Assembly (NCBI GenBank): GCA_002633005.1
Contig: NMRA01000410.1
Location: forward strand, 275,977 to 339,976
DNA length: 64,000 bases
From: Phoronis australis
Lineage: Eukaryota > Animalia > Phoronida
Direction of reading: 5' to 3'
Each line of letters begins with the position of its first letter. The first letter of the stretch is position 1. The notes beneath the pieces were generated by a model, which was not told the DNA's origin, made no database searches, and worked only from the letters and a program-made list of their open reading frames with translations. This document shows, in pieces, positions 60,313 through 64,000 of the stretch. Made by a program: the position numbers and the translations under genes.

Positions 60313-63300
60313 ATGGGCGTCTTTGGTTTGCAAACATATTGCTTACAACATAAAGACAGTTGCGTCACTAACACAGACTTAATAGAGGTTTCAAGGCAAC
60401 GTGATGGTATAGAAATTCTGGTAGACTTTTATTCTTTCTTCCAGTTTTTGCGTGACAAATTTTGGAGAAGTGTGTGCATGATTTACAATAACGAGTTCAT
60501 CAAAATCACTGGAGGCGAGTATGCATATGTTGATGCATATGTTACAAAAATCATTTCGGATCTGTCTAGCTCTGGAATCAAGCTTATTTTCTACGTGGAT
60601 GGTGCCAAAGGAAGCAGTGTGACCACAACTAGAAATAAATTTGAAACCTGGGTGAACAGACATAACCGAGATCTCGGCAATGTGGCCGGAATTATTGACG
60701 TTTGTTCTGGCACGAAAGATCCCCATTCACTTTCAGAGTCCTCGTTCATTCGACCAGTATTGTTTGAAGTTCAGATTCTGGACACACTAAATAAGTGCAA
60801 ATGCGACGTGATCCAAGTTTGTGCTGGTGAGGCAGATCCAGCTCTTGCCAAAGGACTGTGTGAGCGACCCAAAGCGTACTGCATATTAAGCAATGACACA
60901 GATTTCTGTGTTGTGAGAAACTGTAAAGTAATACCAAATGAATTATTTGACTTGGAGAACGATCTACGCCTTGGGGAGGCTTTGCTCATTCCTGAGAAGC
61001 CATCGAAGTTGATTTGTGGTGTCATCTCGTCGTCTGACGTTGCACATTCACTAGGAGTATGTGGTTTACTTCAGTCTTTTGTTGTTAGAGTAAAAAACAT
61101 AATTGGTTCAAACCTTGCTTATACCCTTGCTTAGGTGCCTTTGTACAACGAGTAAAAAAAACAGGAGACCCCTTGGCTGATATTGATTCAGGCACAGGCA
61201 TATTTTTAGACATTGAGGTCAGTCACAGGTCTCAAAATCAGTCCACGTGAAAGACCAGAACTGAACAGTTTATGATTTTTTGGCCTTACAACAAAACTTG
61301 TGTGAGTTGAAAGTATGTCGGACTTTTTCATGAAACGGCAATAAGAGCTTGCCTTACAACCCACAAAACAACTTTAGATTTAGACCACGTACCATTATGA
61401 AACTGGTCTCATCAACTTGTTCCTAAGTCAAAGTGGATGTATTTTACAGTAGCTTTAATTCAGAAGAACTGACTGATCATGATGGCTTGAGATCAAGTGT
61501 TACAAGCTGACTTGTCATGGCATGTCATTTAGTGTGCTAAGCATGGTTTTGAGGAATGCAGGTGATAAAAGGTCACTGTAACCTGCAGAAACATAAAAAA
61601 ACAACATGTTGAGCAACAAAATCCTGCTGCCTAATTTAATGAATGGAAGATGGAACTCGAAAACTCCATGTCGGTCGGTGTTTCACTTACCTTTTAAGGA
61701 TCAGCACAGAATTTTTTGGCTATAGTACAAATAGAAAACGGACAATCGCCACACAAATACTTTCCCTGTATCTCTCACTCTCATTTCACCCCATGGATGT
61801 GACTTGAATGGTAATCGGCACTTGTCCTACTGTACATATCCTGATGATGTCGTAGGAATAGACGAAATATTGAGTTAACATGAACTTTTTTATTTGTGCG
61901 TCAATTGTCCATTTTCTAAATGCACTGAGTGCTTTGCAAGTAAATGCAGTTTCAGTGAAAACTGTTATAGCTAACAAAAACATTAAAAACTTAAATAGCT
62001 CAAGCAGGCTGGTAGCCTTGCTCAGTACGAGCAGTTGAATTAAAGCATTGAGTGTCTGTTGCAGTGGGCTTGTAGAAGTCTTAATTAACGTGTTGGCCTT
62101 TTTGTTTTGCATACTTTATTTCACAAAATTCCGACCACTGTCCCACTCCCATTATTATTTCTACTACTTTGGTTTAGAGGAATAAAAAAGTTCTGTCAAT
62201 TCTTTTCAAACCCAAAAATCCATTGTCATCTGAGTAAGGAACAAGTTGAGACAAAATTTTTAATAAAGTTTGCTTTTTGGATTTTCCGTCTTTTTTATAA
62301 ACGTTTAAATTTTACAAAGTGTTCGGAATTCCATAGAAGGGTTCTTGTTGATGCTTGGACTTTATGTAATTCCGAATTCACTTTGCTTCTAAGATAAATC
62401 TCTTAGTCTATCTTGATTCAACTTAACTGAGCTTCACTGTATCTTGAAAAACAGCCAAAGGGTAAGGAGGAGCTCAAATGGTGTATTGTTATTCATAAAA
62501 CATGATGAGTGTATTGTTATTCATAAAACATGATGAGTGTAATGTTATTCATAAAACATGATGAGTGTAATGTTATTCATAAAACATGATGAGTGTAATG
62601 TTATTCATAAAACATGATGAGTGTAATGTTGAAGTAGGTCATGTTTACATTTTCATCCTTTCACGATTTTGGATGCGAGTTTTGATTGTGTTTCATGGCA
62701 ATAGCATTTTGCCCTGTGCATGGTCACTTGTAAACTTAAAGACTCATCTGTATTTTCGAAACTTGAAAGAAGTGATGTCCGTCCATATCTTTAATCATTT
62801 GTCACCCCGCAACCTCATATAAAATGTCAAAAACATCATGAAATAACTTTGTGCGCCTTCTCTAGCTTCACTCTGCTCAAACCCATTTGATCAGTAAAGT
62901 CCGCACTTTCTTTTTACTGAAACAAATAATTGTCACACTTGTCTGTTTTGTTGGAAGAAATGTGGAGGTCACATGTCAAATTACTTTTGACACAAGTTGA
63001 TTCTGTTTTAGATAAGAAATCATTTTCTTCTTGTCGAGCTAGCCCTTGTTTGTGGGAATGATGCAACGTCTCCGTACATGAAGAAGTTGAAGCCAAAGAT
63101 AGGTATCCGTGGTGACTTCAAGGATCCTAAGAATGTTGCAGGCTGGGTAATGCACCATAAGAAAATTGAGAATCACCCTGTTATAGCTGATGAACTGGTT
63201 AGTAGAAATATGCACAGAACTTCACGTTTTAGGCACACAGGCCCACATCTAGATATTTTAAAATGTCTTCTTTCAAAAAACATTTTACTCAAGTGTTATG

Positions 63301-63846
63301 TTTGCAGTTACGCCAACATGTCTTGTCTTTTCCGTCCATTAGTTTTTATTTTAAATGTTAAGAATGCCGAAGGGGCATTTTGCTGCTGCTTAGCTGTCAA
63401 TGTTGCTGGTTGGAACCATGTTTAACACTGGAGAGTCAACTTTCAATACGATTCTTTTCAAAGAAACAAGCTTTGGTTGTCCATTTTGACAGTATGTTAA
63501 TATGTCGTTCTAGTGCGGAAACGTACAGTTTCAAGAAGCAATCCATATTTCGCGCCTGTTCTATGAAGCTCAACACCCCAGTGAAAAGCCAGTTGAAAAA
63601 GCTCCACACTCCCAGCACATTATTGAGTGTGTCAGCCAAGGGAAATACCCTCCCCATATATTTGCGATGCACCATAATTTTTATTGGCATCGAATGTTGG
63701 TTGAGGTCATGACCCCAGGTCATCCATGTGTGGAGGTCGCCTTGTCCGAACTCCGTGGGTTCGTGTACTGGATGCTGTTGAACAGAAATGAGGCATTCAT
63801 CATGGAGTATGGCAGAACTCCTAATAAACAGTTTGAAGCCTTGAGA
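60313..63846 (+). CDS. Asteroid (ASTE1)/FAM120-family FEN-like PIN-domain protein, join(60313-61056,63012-63197,63514-63846,...), 3'-incomplete
   Basis: N-terminal MGV.GL, acidic motifs D38, D96, E173/D175 and D195/D197, exon-2 H3TH-like LALVCGND, and exon-3 LRGFVYWML...EYGR. All junctions are GT-AG phase 0. The gene continues beyond the window. The exact orthologue (ASTE1 or FAM120) is not resolved. Confidence 0.85.
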
Positions 63847-64000
63847 GTAAGTTGCTTGTAACGTAAAATAAGAGGTTGCCGAACTTTTTACGCACAAACA
63901 TATTATTATGTGTCCATCGTCTTTGTCCAGTGTCTGTCCATACGGTGTCTTCATTCGGCCTCTGTGGCTGTATCTCCTGAATCCCTTGGAGGATTGTTGT

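Noticed and set aside
63436-63954. 172-aa minus-strand ORF
   Set aside because: Antisense shadow of exon 3 of the PIN-domain gene, with no independent motif.

Overview
Eukaryotic, AT-rich, intron-containing animal genomic DNA. The repeat content looks invertebrate-like, but the taxon cannot be determined from the sequence. Three conserved spliced genes can be reconstructed by hand with GT-AG sites and consistent phases: SZRD1 (+, 5 exons, 31015-35465), SLC33A1 acetyl-CoA transporter (-, 8 coding exons, 42487-48795), and an Asteroid/FAM120-type FEN-like PIN-domain gene (+, 60313 to beyond 63846). The first exon and promoter of the PIN gene also occur as a near-identical copy (52413-56913) that ends at a single-N contig join, probably an uncollapsed haplotype. 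A candidate orphan gene for a small secreted Thr/Pro-rich peptide lies at ~18.9-19.1 kb (-). The first 30 kb is mostly transposon debris: a ~175-bp palindromic satellite whose 7-bp core flips orientation between units, interrupted by a solo LTR and a THAP-bearing Kolobok element; a second, inverted Kolobok; a decayed pogo transposase; CR1/L2-type LINE fragments; and many MITEs. There is no CRISPR or prokaryotic system. All homology calls come from recalled family motifs, not database searches.
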